A DNA stretch of 64,000 bases from an uncultured Gammaproteobacteria bacterium (GTDB lineage Bacteria > Patescibacteriota > Microgenomatia > UBA8517), in assembly GCA_964635715.1 (NCBI GenBank), contig CAZWNZ010000001.1, forward strand, positions 248,122 through 312,121, in the 5' to 3' direction. The stretch's first letter is position 1; each line of letters begins with the position of its first letter. Below, piece by piece: positions 1-9,475 of this stretch. The notes beneath the pieces were generated by a model. It did not search any database and was not told the DNA's origin. It saw only the letters and a program-made list of their open reading frames with translations. The position numbers and the translations under genes were made by a program.

Positions 1-606
1 GCATTATCAGTCAGTGTGGATCGTTTTCCTTCGGCACTTTTTATTAATTCGACGAATCTTAGAAAGTTTATTGACGAAAATTTTAAATCTACAACACAAT
101 TTTCTACGTGGTTTCTGTTAAATCCTGTTTTTACTCCAACGAAAGGTGATAGTAACTTTAAAGAAAGGTATTCCTTATACTCAAACCTATTAAAGGAAGT
201 GGCTAAAGATTATCTCGATGATTTTGATCTACTAAATGCATATAAACATGGTTACCGAATTAAAGCTAAACATGACCAAGCAATCCTCTCGATTGTCACA
301 AATAGTGGTCAACATTTTAAATTGAATGAATCGGATAGCACGATTATCTATTTTTCTAAGGAGACCATAAACGGCACCCCAATTATCTTTGAACATTCAT
401 TGAGTTTTAAGATTGGTAGAATTTTTGTTAAGTGTATCTTTGTATGTTCATTATTGAATAACATAAGAGCAAGTACACTTTTGTATTACAAGAAGAAATT
501 ACGAGGTAAAAGTATCTCTAGATTTTATATAGACGATAAAGAGGCATGGAGTAAGACATTTGGGGGCTCACATTTTAAAAGTACTGTTTTTTCGTTGGTT
601 AAATAA
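1..606 (+). CDS. hypothetical protein; the frame is open to the window edge (GTG at 16) and is probably 5'-truncated
   Basis: 196-aa ORF in the six-frame track; no recognisable motif; overlaps the next ORF by a few bases (operon-like). Confidence 0.3.
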   Translation, partial: ALSVSVDRFPSALFINSTNLRKFIDENFKSTTQFSTWFLLNPVFTPTKGDSNFKERYSLYSNLLKEVAKDYLDDFDLLNAYKHGYRIKAKHDQAILSIVTNSGQHFKLNESDSTIIYFSKETINGTPIIFEHSLSFKIGRIFVKCIFVCSLLNNIRASTLLYYKKKLRGKSISRFYIDDKEAWSKTFGGSHFKSTVFSLVK

Positions 607-611
607 CATAT

Positions 612-1388
612 ATGGCATTAAGTGATAATTACAAGGAAATTGCTACAACAATAACTAATGTTATTAAAAACTATTCGCTAAATTCAGAAAGAGAGGTTGA
701 TGAAAAATTCAAAATACAACTTGCTCACAGTATTCTTCTGCTTACCCATATTTATGTATTACTCAAGTCAGTTGCCGACCATCCAAAACAAAATGAAGTG
801 ACAGATGAACTTTTTGATTCTCAGATACTAATTTGGCAAGCGTGTAATAGTATGCTCGCAGCAATCCAATTAATTAGGCAGGGATACCCATTAGAGCCAC
901 AATTCCTTATGAGGGTAGCTATTGAAAGCCTGTCTTTAGCAATAAGTTTTCATTTTGACGAAAGATCATACTCACAATACAAAAATATGAAATTAAGTGG
1001 AAAAGATTGTATAGGCATTGCAAAAAAGGCACTAAAGGAAATCGGCCAAATTTACGGATTATTAAGTGAGGTTACCCATCCATCCAAAAAGACTACTGGC
1101 AATAATTATAATGAGCGAACTGGTTCAATAATAATCGGCGGTGGATATACCGATCATCTCTCTCATAGAGTACTTTTTAACTTCTCGTTGCTTAATTATT
1201 TACTTTTAACTCTTTGGAAAGGTTCGGAGCTTATATTCTATTCTTTTGAAGATGAACCAAAGTTCTGGGTCGAGAATGACGGTGGTTACAACTTAAAACT
1301 AGACAATTCTATAAAAGAGCTCGTGAAAACCATTGGAGAAGATTTTAGAAGTGCTATTGCCGCTGTAGATAAGAACGGTATCACCTAA
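612..1388 (+). CDS. hypothetical protein
   Basis: 258-aa ORF tightly coupled to the upstream ORF; no recognisable domain. Confidence 0.35.
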   Translation: MALSDNYKEIATTITNVIKNYSLNSEREVDEKFKIQLAHSILLLTHIYVLLKSVADHPKQNEVTDELFDSQILIWQACNSMLAAIQLIRQGYPLEPQFLMRVAIESLSLAISFHFDERSYSQYKNMKLSGKDCIGIAKKALKEIGQIYGLLSEVTHPSKKTTGNNYNERTGSIIIGGGYTDHLSHRVLFNFSLLNYLLLTLWKGSELIFYSFEDEPKFWVENDGGYNLKLDNSIKELVKTIGEDFRSAIAAVDKNGIT

Positions 1389-2035
1389 GGCGTCGGAACG
1401 TCTGACCAACCGTCTTTGCCTTGAGTAAATTCTCTACCGTCGGGAGCGACACATCTTTTTATTCCAGTTCTTTGGTAATACTGCTCTGAAGAGAGCTGTC
1501 CACCGTCGTGTCCAATTGCTTTTGTGCAATCTTCGTAAGTTTTAACCCAAGAGTACTTTTCTTTCAAAGTGGGTGCTAAGTCGCCACCTGGAAGAAGCTC
1601 TGGATCAAAATTACTATCAGGACAGCCGTGGTCGCAGGTACTGAGTTCACCTTGGTTAAGGAGCACATTCGCTATTTGCCAAGCAGTCATACTTTGGGAG
1701 ATCTTATATCTGGCTTCTCTTTCTATTGTCTTACTACCTCTACCCACTTTGATAAAATTTGTTCCACCTTTGGTTGTATCTTGTGTGTGCTCTAAAGCGA
1801 ATTTAAATGCATTCTCATCCTTAATGAATCCGTAGTAATGAAGATCACCGACTATAGCCATTAAGGTAGTATCTTTCTTAATTGTATATCCTATTAATTG
1901 CGTGTTTTGTCTTGGTGCCTCAAATTTGTTTTGCCAGTTTTTATACCATATACCGAATCCCAATCCGAGGACTACTAAGGCAAAAACAAGATAGGATACT
2001 AATCTTCTTTTTGAGACTTGTTTCTTCTTTGCCAT
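1385..2035 (-). CDS. membrane-anchored hypothetical protein (possibly MltG/YceG-like)
   Basis: N-terminal Lys-rich segment followed by one TM helix (LVSYLVFALVVLGLGFGIW), then a soluble domain; the family assignment is only a weak resemblance. Confidence 0.35.
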   Translation of the reverse strand: MAKKKQVSKRRLVSYLVFALVVLGLGFGIWYKNWQNKFEAPRQNTQLIGYTIKKDTTLMAIVGDLHYYGFIKDENAFKFALEHTQDTTKGGTNFIKVGRGSKTIEREARYKISQSMTAWQIANVLLNQGELSTCDHGCPDSNFDPELLPGGDLAPTLKEKYSWVKTYEDCTKAIGHDGGQLSSEQYYQRTGIKRCVAPDGREFTQGKDGWSDVPTP

Positions 2036-2271
2036 ATTCTTACTTAAGTATAGAACTTAACTAGTTTCCATGCCACAATCAAGTATGTCAAACTACATCA
2101 GTCTCAAATTTGTGAGACGCCCTTTTTATAGTGTCTCATTTGTCTCATTTAGCCTTGATATGAGACAATCAGTTATAGGGATAAGAAGGTCCGTGACCGT
2201 CCCGCTCAGCCATTCGACTCCTTGCAGTCGCTCATGGCCTTCGGCCCTATAAATAATGTCGAATGTCCTGA

Positions 2272-2574
2272 GTGAGCAAGGCGAATCGAAGGAAGCCCAG
2301 AATGTCCTATTACCTTTATATTCTCCGTACCACCTCTAACACTCTATATATTGGTCAAACAAATAACTTGGAGAGAAGATTAAAGGAGCACCAAACTAAA
2401 AATTCAAAATCTGCAAAATATGTTAGATATTTTGATTCAGTTAGTTTGGTTTACCAAGAAGAATATAAAACTAGAACCGAAGCTATGAGGAGGGAGTCTC
2501 AACTTAAAAAGTGGACGAAAGCTAAAAAAGAGGCGTTAATAGGTGGAGATTTAAGTTTATTGAAGAAATCATAG
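2272..2574 (+). CDS. GIY-YIG nuclease superfamily protein (YhbQ/UPF0213-like); the true start may be M at 2302
   Basis: YYLYILRTTSNTLYIGQTNNLERRLKEHQ plus a conserved K/R-rich C-terminus (ESQLKKWTKAKKEALI) is the classic small GIY-YIG (URI) domain. Confidence 0.8.
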   Translation: MSKANRRKPRMSYYLYILRTTSNTLYIGQTNNLERRLKEHQTKNSKSAKYVRYFDSVSLVYQEEYKTRTEAMRRESQLKKWTKAKKEALIGGDLSLLKKS

Positions 2575-2898
2575 ATTAGTGAATCCAGGCTCTCAAACAC
2601 AACTTTTGACTTATAGTCTGCAAAGTACTACAATTGCTCCATATAATCAGCACGACTTGATTATTATGTAGCTTAATAAAACCCTTGAAACAATTTTGCT
2701 GCTTCAAGGAAGAAGCCGGAGCGAAGCATCTTGAAATACTCGGTGCCCGCAAAGCTTATAGATTGAGAGGAGACTTAAAATGGGTCCAAAGTTACATTTA
2801 TTTAGTTTTGCTGAAGATCCGGATCCGAATGGTACCTATACGGACAGCGATCCGAACGATTCAGACGCAACCTGCCCGGAGGATTTTGACTCATAGCC

Positions 2899-4041
2899 TT
2901 GAGATCCGATCCTCAACCGGTCACTTATGTTAATTGTATCTACAAATACAAACCTCTAAGTGACCGGATTTTTTTTAGTTCTCTTCGCTATTCAATTTGC
3001 TTCATCTTTAAAGGTTGGAGTACTATTTTATTAGTGAGAATTCTCAAACAAATTCTTCCGTTGATTTTTATAGTCGCAGTCTGCGCTGCCTATTACTTCT
3101 ACATTCCCAAATCCGTCAAGGTTATGAATGAAAGGATCGACATATCTGATCCTGAAATTTTGAATGAGGGGAGGATGAAGCTCTCCGAGGATCTGGCAGA
3201 CTATTTGGCTAAAGGGCTTCCCAAAAATCCCGGTAAAACTCCGACAATTTTGCATCTTTTTATTGGCAATCAAAGAAAGCTTGTGGACTTGAGGATTAAG
3301 AAGGCGATAGAAGAAATTAAAAATACGGAAGTTGGCCAAGGAAGTATCAGGATTTGGAGCACTATTAATATGGGTGCTGTCATAAAAACCGAAAAAAGAG
3401 TGATTGCATTTGATATTTCTGATATGGCTTTATCTTCCGCCCAAAGGGAACTGGCGGAAGTTGTGGATATTTTTTTGGTAACGCATAGCGACGGAGATCA
3501 TTATGGCCCCACACTTCTTAATAAAGCGCTGGCTTCGGGAAACAGCGTAGTTTTACCCGAAGGTATGGGATTTTTGTATGGAGATAGTCAAGCCAATTTG
3601 TATCATTTGGAGTATGATACGGAAACAGAAGTTGACGGAGTTAAAATTACAGCTTTCCAGACGGATCACAGGGGAGATAGAAATTTTGAAGAGCCAAATG
3701 CCTGGTATCTGGTTAAAATTGACGGGTTTACTCTTTTGCATACGGGAGACGGAATGAACCTAAAAAATGCAAAAGATAAAGAAAATATGGGCGGCAAATA
3801 TGATATTGATATCTATTTGGCCAACAGGAAGAATCATCCAAATGATGCCAAGAATGTGAGCCCGAAAGTTTTTGTGCCTCTCCATCTTTATAAATTTATT
3901 CATAGCAGGGAGGAACTTGAGGAAAGTACTTTTGGGTATGTTACGGAAGCTTACAGTAAGTACGAAGGTGAGTTAAAAGGGATTGGTATAAAGCTTCTTT
4001 TTATGGGGGAGAGTTTTGAGTATCCCGGCAATTTGTATTAA
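2899..4041 (+). CDS. membrane-anchored MBL-fold hydrolase-like protein (start uncertain)
   Basis: N-terminal TM; VTHSDGDHYGP resembles the HxHxDH metallo-beta-lactamase motif (second His replaced by Asp). Confidence 0.45.
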   Translation: MRSDPQPVTYVNCIYKYKPLSDRIFFSSLRYSICFIFKGWSTILLVRILKQILPLIFIVAVCAAYYFYIPKSVKVMNERIDISDPEILNEGRMKLSEDLADYLAKGLPKNPGKTPTILHLFIGNQRKLVDLRIKKAIEEIKNTEVGQGSIRIWSTINMGAVIKTEKRVIAFDISDMALSSAQRELAEVVDIFLVTHSDGDHYGPTLLNKALASGNSVVLPEGMGFLYGDSQANLYHLEYDTETEVDGVKITAFQTDHRGDRNFEEPNAWYLVKIDGFTLLHTGDGMNLKNAKDKENMGGKYDIDIYLANRKNHPNDAKNVSPKVFVPLHLYKFIHSREELEESTFGYVTEAYSKYEGELKGIGIKLLFMGESFEYPGNLY

Positions 4042-4298
4042 TATTAATTTATGGTAAGGAGGTGGAAAAATAAAAGTATGAAAGGAGAAGCTTGCGGAGT
4101 GTATGGAGTCGGATTCATTGGTGCTTTGATTTACTTTATTCAAAATGCCAGTACTTTTGGCGAGGGAGTTTTAGGTGTGCTAAAAGCTATTGTCTGGCCG
4201 GCTTTTGTTGTTTATAAACTGCTTGGTTTTTTGAAATTATAAGCCGATGCCCAAAAATCCCCTTATGACAGGGGATTTTTGTGCCCAAAGTGGGAGAA

Positions 4299-4781
4299 TT
4301 AATTACCTTGCGGTCCTTGCCCTTGTGGAGCTGTTCCGCCAAGCTGCATCAATTCTCCTCCAATAGTAATAGTAACTGCACTAACTGTGCCGTCAGAACC
4401 AGTTGTTCCGTTGACGACAACAGTATCGCCTTCAGTAAGGTCAGAGATTGAGCCTTCGTTGGCAATCTTGATGGCAGTTGAGCTTGAAAGAGTTACTATT
4501 TTGCTCCCTCCATCTTGAGTCTTTATAGTAATACTGCCGTCATCAATACTTGTTATTTCACCGCTAACGGGCTGGTTGCCTGCAGACCCGGCTCTTCCGT
4601 TGGTAGACCCTTTTCCGTTGGGAAGAGTGTTTTGCTGAACGTTATCCGGCATGTCTTTAGACTTCTGGCTGCCTTGATATTTCATGCCGGCAAAAAATCC
4701 GGCTCCGAGACATATTAAAGCAGCAATAATAATTGCTATTGCTTTTTTATTGTTTCTTTTTACTTCTTTTACCTCATTCAT
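4299..4781 (-). CDS. signal-anchored Gly/Thr/Ser-rich secreted protein
   Basis: Start MNEVKEV at 4781 with a GGAGGGGG RBS 8 nt upstream; TM (AIAIIIAALICLGAGFFAG); low-complexity body. Confidence 0.4.
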   Translation of the reverse strand: MNEVKEVKRNNKKAIAIIIAALICLGAGFFAGMKYQGSQKSKDMPDNVQQNTLPNGKGSTNGRAGSAGNQPVSGEITSIDDGSITIKTQDGGSKIVTLSSSTAIKIANEGSISDLTEGDTVVVNGTTGSDGTVSAVTITIGGELMQLGGTAPQGQGPQGN

Positions 4782-4913
4782 AATAATCACCCCCTCCCAG
4801 TTGGATAGCCCTTTGGGCATCCAACGGGATCCCGTGAGATGGTAAAGCCTATCTCACTGGGATCTTACAACGATAAGATTTTCATCTTAAAAAATACTGA
4901 GAATTATAAGTGT

Positions 4914-6140
4914 TTACTCATAGCGTAACGCTTCAATTGGCTGAAGGTTTGCCGCTTTTCTTGCAGGATACCACCCAAATACTATTCCAATTCCTGCAGA
5001 AACAGTAAAAGCTAAAAGAACTGAACTGATTGAAACAAAAAACGAAGAATCGTTTAGTTTTGTGTAGATATAAAAACCGGCAAGTCCGAAAATGACTCCC
5101 AATATTCCGCCCGCAAAAGTTAGAATAACCGATTCTGCTAAAAATTGAGCGATAATTGTTTTTTTCTTGGCGCCAAGCGCTTTCCTAAGACCGATTTCGC
5201 GGGTTCTTTCGGTGACTGACATAAGCATAATATTCATAATTCCAATTCCTCCAACGAGTAGGGAAATGGCTGCAACCCCGGCCAACATGGAAGTAAATGT
5301 ACCAGTGACAGCAGTAGCGGTTTCTAATATATCCGATTGGGACATTATTGTGAAATCTGCATTAGCAATTTCGCTGATGTTATGTCTTTTGAGCAGTAGA
5401 TATCCAACCTGATTTGCTGCCTTGTTCATCAAAGTATCGCTTTTTGCCTCAACCGCAATTGTAGATAAATATTTGACACCAAAAACTTGCTTTTGGGCGG
5501 TCGTCAAAGGAATATATATTCTGTCATCGGCGTTGTCCATACCACTTCCACCTTTGCTTTCGGTAACGCCAATTACAAGAAAAGTTTTTCCATTAATTCG
5601 AATCGATTGACCTACCGGATTTGCACCGGTTCCAAAAAGATCTTCGGCAGTAGTCGGTCCGAGTACTGCCACTTTGGAAATGGCTTCAACATTCTCATCG
5701 GTGATAAATGACCCTGAATCAATTTCCAACTTTCTGACTTCAGTATAGCTTGGTGTGACTCCGATGATTGTTGTGTTTGTATTATTACCGCCTGCGGTTA
5801 CCTGAGAACGGCTGGAATATTCCGGTGACACATTTTTGATCGTAGTTACGGAAGTCGAATCAAGAATTGCCAAAGCGTCATCGTAAGTCAGGGTTTGAAC
5901 ACTGGACGCACTGCGAACCCCGGCGGTTGTACTCCTGGTAGGGGAAACGGTTAGTAAATTTGAGCCAATTGATTGTATCTGATCTTGTACAGATCTTTTA
6001 CTGGATTCACCCATAGACATAAGGGCAATGACACTTCCTATGCTAATAATAATCCCAAGCATTGCAAGACCTGTTCTGGTCTTGTTCATACCTAAATTTT
6101 TAATGCCGGTTTTAAGTAATTTGACGAGTATCATTTGCAA
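4914..6140 (-). CDS. ABC transporter permease, MacB/FtsX-type
   Basis: N-terminal TM, large extracytoplasmic domain, then the C-terminal FtsX motif (REIGLRKALGAKKKTIIAQFLAESVILTFAGGILGV) with 3 TM. Confidence 0.8.
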   Translation of the reverse strand: MQMILVKLLKTGIKNLGMNKTRTGLAMLGIIISIGSVIALMSMGESSKRSVQDQIQSIGSNLLTVSPTRSTTAGVRSASSVQTLTYDDALAILDSTSVTTIKNVSPEYSSRSQVTAGGNNTNTTIIGVTPSYTEVRKLEIDSGSFITDENVEAISKVAVLGPTTAEDLFGTGANPVGQSIRINGKTFLVIGVTESKGGSGMDNADDRIYIPLTTAQKQVFGVKYLSTIAVEAKSDTLMNKAANQVGYLLLKRHNISEIANADFTIMSQSDILETATAVTGTFTSMLAGVAAISLLVGGIGIMNIMLMSVTERTREIGLRKALGAKKKTIIAQFLAESVILTFAGGILGVIFGLAGFYIYTKLNDSSFFVSISSVLLAFTVSAGIGIVFGWYPARKAANLQPIEALRYE

Positions 6141-6846
6141 TTTTTTGTATTAGACGTTGCTTATGCCCATTGCCTTCGATAATTTTCCCGTCCTTGATAT
6201 GAATTATGCGTTTGGCATGCTCTGCTATGTCCGGTTCGTGGGTAATCATTATTATCGTTCTGCCCTGTTTGTTTAATTTTTGGAAGATTGACATAACTTC
6301 TTCAGCCTGAGCTGATGCAATGTTACCGGTTGGCTCGTCTGCCAAAAGCATGGCAGGGTCCATAGTAAGACTCCGTGCGATGGCCACTCTTTGCTGTTGG
6401 CCTCCGGAAAGTTTGTTGGGAGGAAAATTAATTCTTTCCTGCAGTCCGACAACAGAGAGAAGTTGTTTTGCCTTCGCCCTGGCTTCATCTTCAGGGATAC
6501 CGGCATATTCCATAGGGACAACAACATTATCGATTGCGGAAGTTCTTGGCAGTAAATTATAAGCTTGGAAAATAAATCCGATTTCCTTATTTCTTATTTC
6601 CGCAAGCTCATCGTCGGAGAGCTTCCCCACATCTTTGCCGTTAAGCAGATATGTTCCGCTTGTAGGCTGATCAAGCGCGCCGAGGATGTGCATAAGAGTA
6701 GATTTTCCGCTTCCGGATGGGCCCATTATGGCTACAAATTCACCCTCGTTAATTGTCAGGGAAATATCTTGAAGAACCATGGTTTCCAGATCATCGGTTT
6801 TATAAGATTTCACAAGATGAGAAATCTCAATAATAGGTTTGGACAT
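6112..6846 (-). CDS. ABC transporter ATP-binding protein (MacB/LolD-type); start chosen at [11 protein letters not shown]
   Basis: Walker [13 protein letters not shown] signature [15 protein letters not shown], Walker [10 protein letters not shown]; the upstream 59 in-frame codons overlap the adaptor gene and are probably not translated. Confidence 0.85.
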   Translation of the reverse strand: MSKPIIEISHLVKSYKTDDLETMVLQDISLTINEGEFVAIMGPSGSGKSTLMHILGALDQPTSGTYLLNGKDVGKLSDDELAEIRNKEIGFIFQAYNLLPRTSAIDNVVVPMEYAGIPEDEARAKAKQLLSVVGLQERINFPPNKLSGGQQQRVAIARSLTMDPAMLLADEPTGNIASAQAEEVMSIFQKLNKQGRTIIMITHEPDIAEHAKRIIHIKDGKIIEGNGHKQRLIQKIANDTRQIT

Positions 6847-6850
6847 AACT

Positions 6851-8293
6851 TTAGAAGCCTCCCGGCATACCACCTCCCGGCATTCCACCTCCCATATTAG
6901 AACTGCCCGAAGAAGAGCTCTTTGTGCCGGAAGTGGTTGTGTTTCCAGTGAAGAGAGAGGAGTCGTCATCTTCGGTGCTGTTGTCAACAACAATAATTGA
7001 TGTAACGACAATTTCTCCTTCATTTATTCCAGAAGTAATTACGGTATAAAAATCGTTAGATGTTCCAACTTCTACGGTTGTGGTAACGGGTTTACCATCT
7101 TTCATTATTTGAACGGTTGAGACACCGCCTGCTGTGTTTATTGCGTTTGAGGGCACCATGACAGCGTCTGCAACGGAGTTGGTAATAATCTCAACATTAA
7201 TTGCCATGTTTGGATAGATATCAACACTGGATGAGTCAAGCAGTATTGTGACAGGGTAAGAAGTAACGCTTGATGTGACACTTCCGCTGGTGTTTACTGC
7301 AAGAACTTTTCCGGTGAATGTCATATCCGAATACGCATCTATTGTAATGACCACTTTTTGATTTGCCTTAATATTTAATACGTCCGTTTCGGACATGCTT
7401 ACTGTAGCAATAAGCTGTCCATCCGGGTCGTTGATTTTGCCTACAGTCTGCGATGAGATAATAGTAGAGCCAGTAGTAGAACTGGTTGAAGAGTTTGCGG
7501 ATACGGACAATCCCTCAAACAATGCAAGATCCGAGACGGTTCCGGATGCCGGTGCGTAAATAGTTGCAGAATTTTCCTGGTAATCACGGAGAGCTGAAGT
7601 TATGCCTGCCTGCGCTTTGGCTATATCGGCAGTTGAGTTTGTGTATTTTGTCTGATTTGCCTCGAATGTTAATTTTGCGGCTTCATATTCTTTGGTCAAG
7701 ATAGCCTTTTCGTTATATGTGTATTCCGCATTTGTATCGGGATTCCAGGCTCCTGCAATCATGTTGTTGTATTCTTCTTCCGTATCGAGCCATGTTTGAC
7801 GGGAAGTCCACATATCTTTATCTGAGTTTATCTGCGCGATTTTGGCAGTGTTAACTGCTTCGACAGCGTCAAGATAACTTGCCCAAGCATCAGCTTGGCG
7901 TTTAACAGCATACTCATCAAGAGTAACCTCTGCTAATTTTTGACCTTTGGTGACAGTATCACCATTGGTTACATATACTGTTTTAACAGTACCGGAAACC
8001 TTGGTTGTAATGTTGGTGTAATTGCCTGAAGTAATAGTTCCTGATCCTGAAGTTGAAACAATAAGAGTTCCTTTTACTGCCGCCTCTGTTTCGTAGGTAG
8101 TTTTGGGTTTTTGAATTTTATCAATGAAAATCCAAATTCCGGCAGCCAACAAGACAGGAATTAAAGGGAAAATTATCTTTTTTGTCAGAGAAAGATCATG
8201 ATAATATTTCTTAATATCGACAGCTTTCTCTTTCAGAGAAGTTCGAAACAACCACTTGGCCGTTTTTTTGTTTGCCTTTTTAATAAATTGCAT
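6851..8293 (-). CDS. HlyD/MacA-family periplasmic adaptor (membrane fusion protein) with a Gly/Pro-rich C-terminal tail
   Basis: N-terminal TM, long coiled-coil region (AKIAQINSDKD...EYEAAKLTFEANQ), beta-barrel-like C-terminal half; forms an operon with the ABC ATPase and permease. Confidence 0.65.
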   Translation of the reverse strand: MQFIKKANKKTAKWLFRTSLKEKAVDIKKYYHDLSLTKKIIFPLIPVLLAAGIWIFIDKIQKPKTTYETEAAVKGTLIVSTSGSGTITSGNYTNITTKVSGTVKTVYVTNGDTVTKGQKLAEVTLDEYAVKRQADAWASYLDAVEAVNTAKIAQINSDKDMWTSRQTWLDTEEEYNNMIAGAWNPDTNAEYTYNEKAILTKEYEAAKLTFEANQTKYTNSTADIAKAQAGITSALRDYQENSATIYAPASGTVSDLALFEGLSVSANSSTSSTTGSTIISSQTVGKINDPDGQLIATVSMSETDVLNIKANQKVVITIDAYSDMTFTGKVLAVNTSGSVTSSVTSYPVTILLDSSSVDIYPNMAINVEIITNSVADAVMVPSNAINTAGGVSTVQIMKDGKPVTTTVEVGTSNDFYTVITSGINEGEIVVTSIIVVDNSTEDDDSSLFTGNTTTSGTKSSSSGSSNMGGGMPGGGMPGGF

Positions 8294-8373
8294 ATTTTAA
8301 CCGGATACTTACGAGTCTAAATTTGAAACCTGAGGATTTCCTTAAGATTTGACGATATATAATTAAATATAAA

Positions 8374-9459
8374 ATGAAAAAGATTCTTCCTTACGTTTTG
8401 ATATTCTTTGTTTTTGCAATGATGCTGTTGATTACCCACAAAGACTCTTTCAGTTACCGATTTGATCAAAATCTAATCCGTAATTATTTAAGAAGCCAGG
8501 ACATTGAAGACTTGAGGGGGGAGATAAAAGACAGGGTAATAATAAGCGACAGTGATATTTATATTGCATCGGGATATCTTTATACCATAGGCGAGAACCC
8601 TGCCAAATATAATTTTCAGCACCCTCCATTTATAAAATATTTGTTTGGCTTTTCGACTCTTTTAACAGGAAATCCTTTATGGGTGCAGATGTTTTTTGGT
8701 TTGATATTTCTATTTTTAACTTATTTTTTGTCTGCAAAGTTGATTAAAAACAAATTTTTGTCTTTGATCCCTGTCGGACTTCTGCTTTTTGACCCTGTTT
8801 TTGGAGAAATGATGAATGGTGCTTATTTGGATTTAGGACAGGCGGTTTTTGCTCTAGTGTTTATAATTTTGGTATTGTATTACCCCAAAAAATGGCTTTT
8901 GACTGGGATTGCTCTTGGACTTTTTGCGACATCAAAATTCTGGAGCACTACAATAATATATATTATTGTAGTGACGGCATATAAGTTTATTAGGAAGGAA
9001 AAAATAAACTTCAAAAATCTAATTTTTACTTTTGGGATCGCATTTTTTGTTTTCGTTTTAACTTACATTAAGTTCTTCATAGATGGGGGAGGGATAGTCG
9101 GTTTTATTGAAATTCAGGGAAGGATTTTGAAATTCATGCTTTCTCATAATTCTGCAGGAACTGTTGGAGGATCTATTCTTTTATTTTTGACAGGATTTTT
9201 CTCACCCTGGTGGGAAGAAGGGGTTGAAAGAGCCCTGGATTGGAGTTTTCTTTGGCCACTGGGGCTAGTCAGCTCGATTATTTTGGTAATAAAATCTAAA
9301 CTAAAATCTGCGGAATCTGTCCTTTATCTTTTACCGTTTACCTATTTACTGCTGATAGGAACAGGCGTTCCTTTTACCAGATATTTTTTGATAACCCTGC
9401 CCTTTGTCCATATAAGTTTGGTAAAATTAATTGCTGGTTTTAGACAGTTAAATAAGTGA
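8374..9459 (+). CDS. polytopic membrane glycosyltransferase, GT39/ArnT/PMT-like
   Basis: About 10 TM helices; the QHPPFIKYL motif resembles the HPPL(G)KYL signature of GT-C family 39 enzymes; ends with a TGA stop. Confidence 0.45.
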   Translation: MKKILPYVLIFFVFAMMLLITHKDSFSYRFDQNLIRNYLRSQDIEDLRGEIKDRVIISDSDIYIASGYLYTIGENPAKYNFQHPPFIKYLFGFSTLLTGNPLWVQMFFGLIFLFLTYFLSAKLIKNKFLSLIPVGLLLFDPVFGEMMNGAYLDLGQAVFALVFIILVLYYPKKWLLTGIALGLFATSKFWSTTIIYIIVVTAYKFIRKEKINFKNLIFTFGIAFFVFVLTYIKFFIDGGGIVGFIEIQGRILKFMLSHNSAGTVGGSILLFLTGFFSPWWEEGVERALDWSFLWPLGLVSSIILVIKSKLKSAESVLYLLPFTYLLLIGTGVPFTRYFLITLPFVHISLVKLIAGFRQLNK

Positions 9460-9475
9460 CGTATATAAGATTATT

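Noticed and set aside
2685-2933. ORF 2685-2933 (82 aa) and other ORFs of about 60-70 aa in intergenic stretches (2070-2252, 1882-2064, 11312-11521)
   Set aside because: They have no RBS, an odd composition and overlap probable regulatory hairpins, so they are not reported as genes.
6273-6900. ORFs 6273-6527(-), 6320-6562(+) and 6565-6900(+)
   Set aside because: They lie within or antisense to the ABC ATPase gene, whose Walker and signature motifs fix the true frame.
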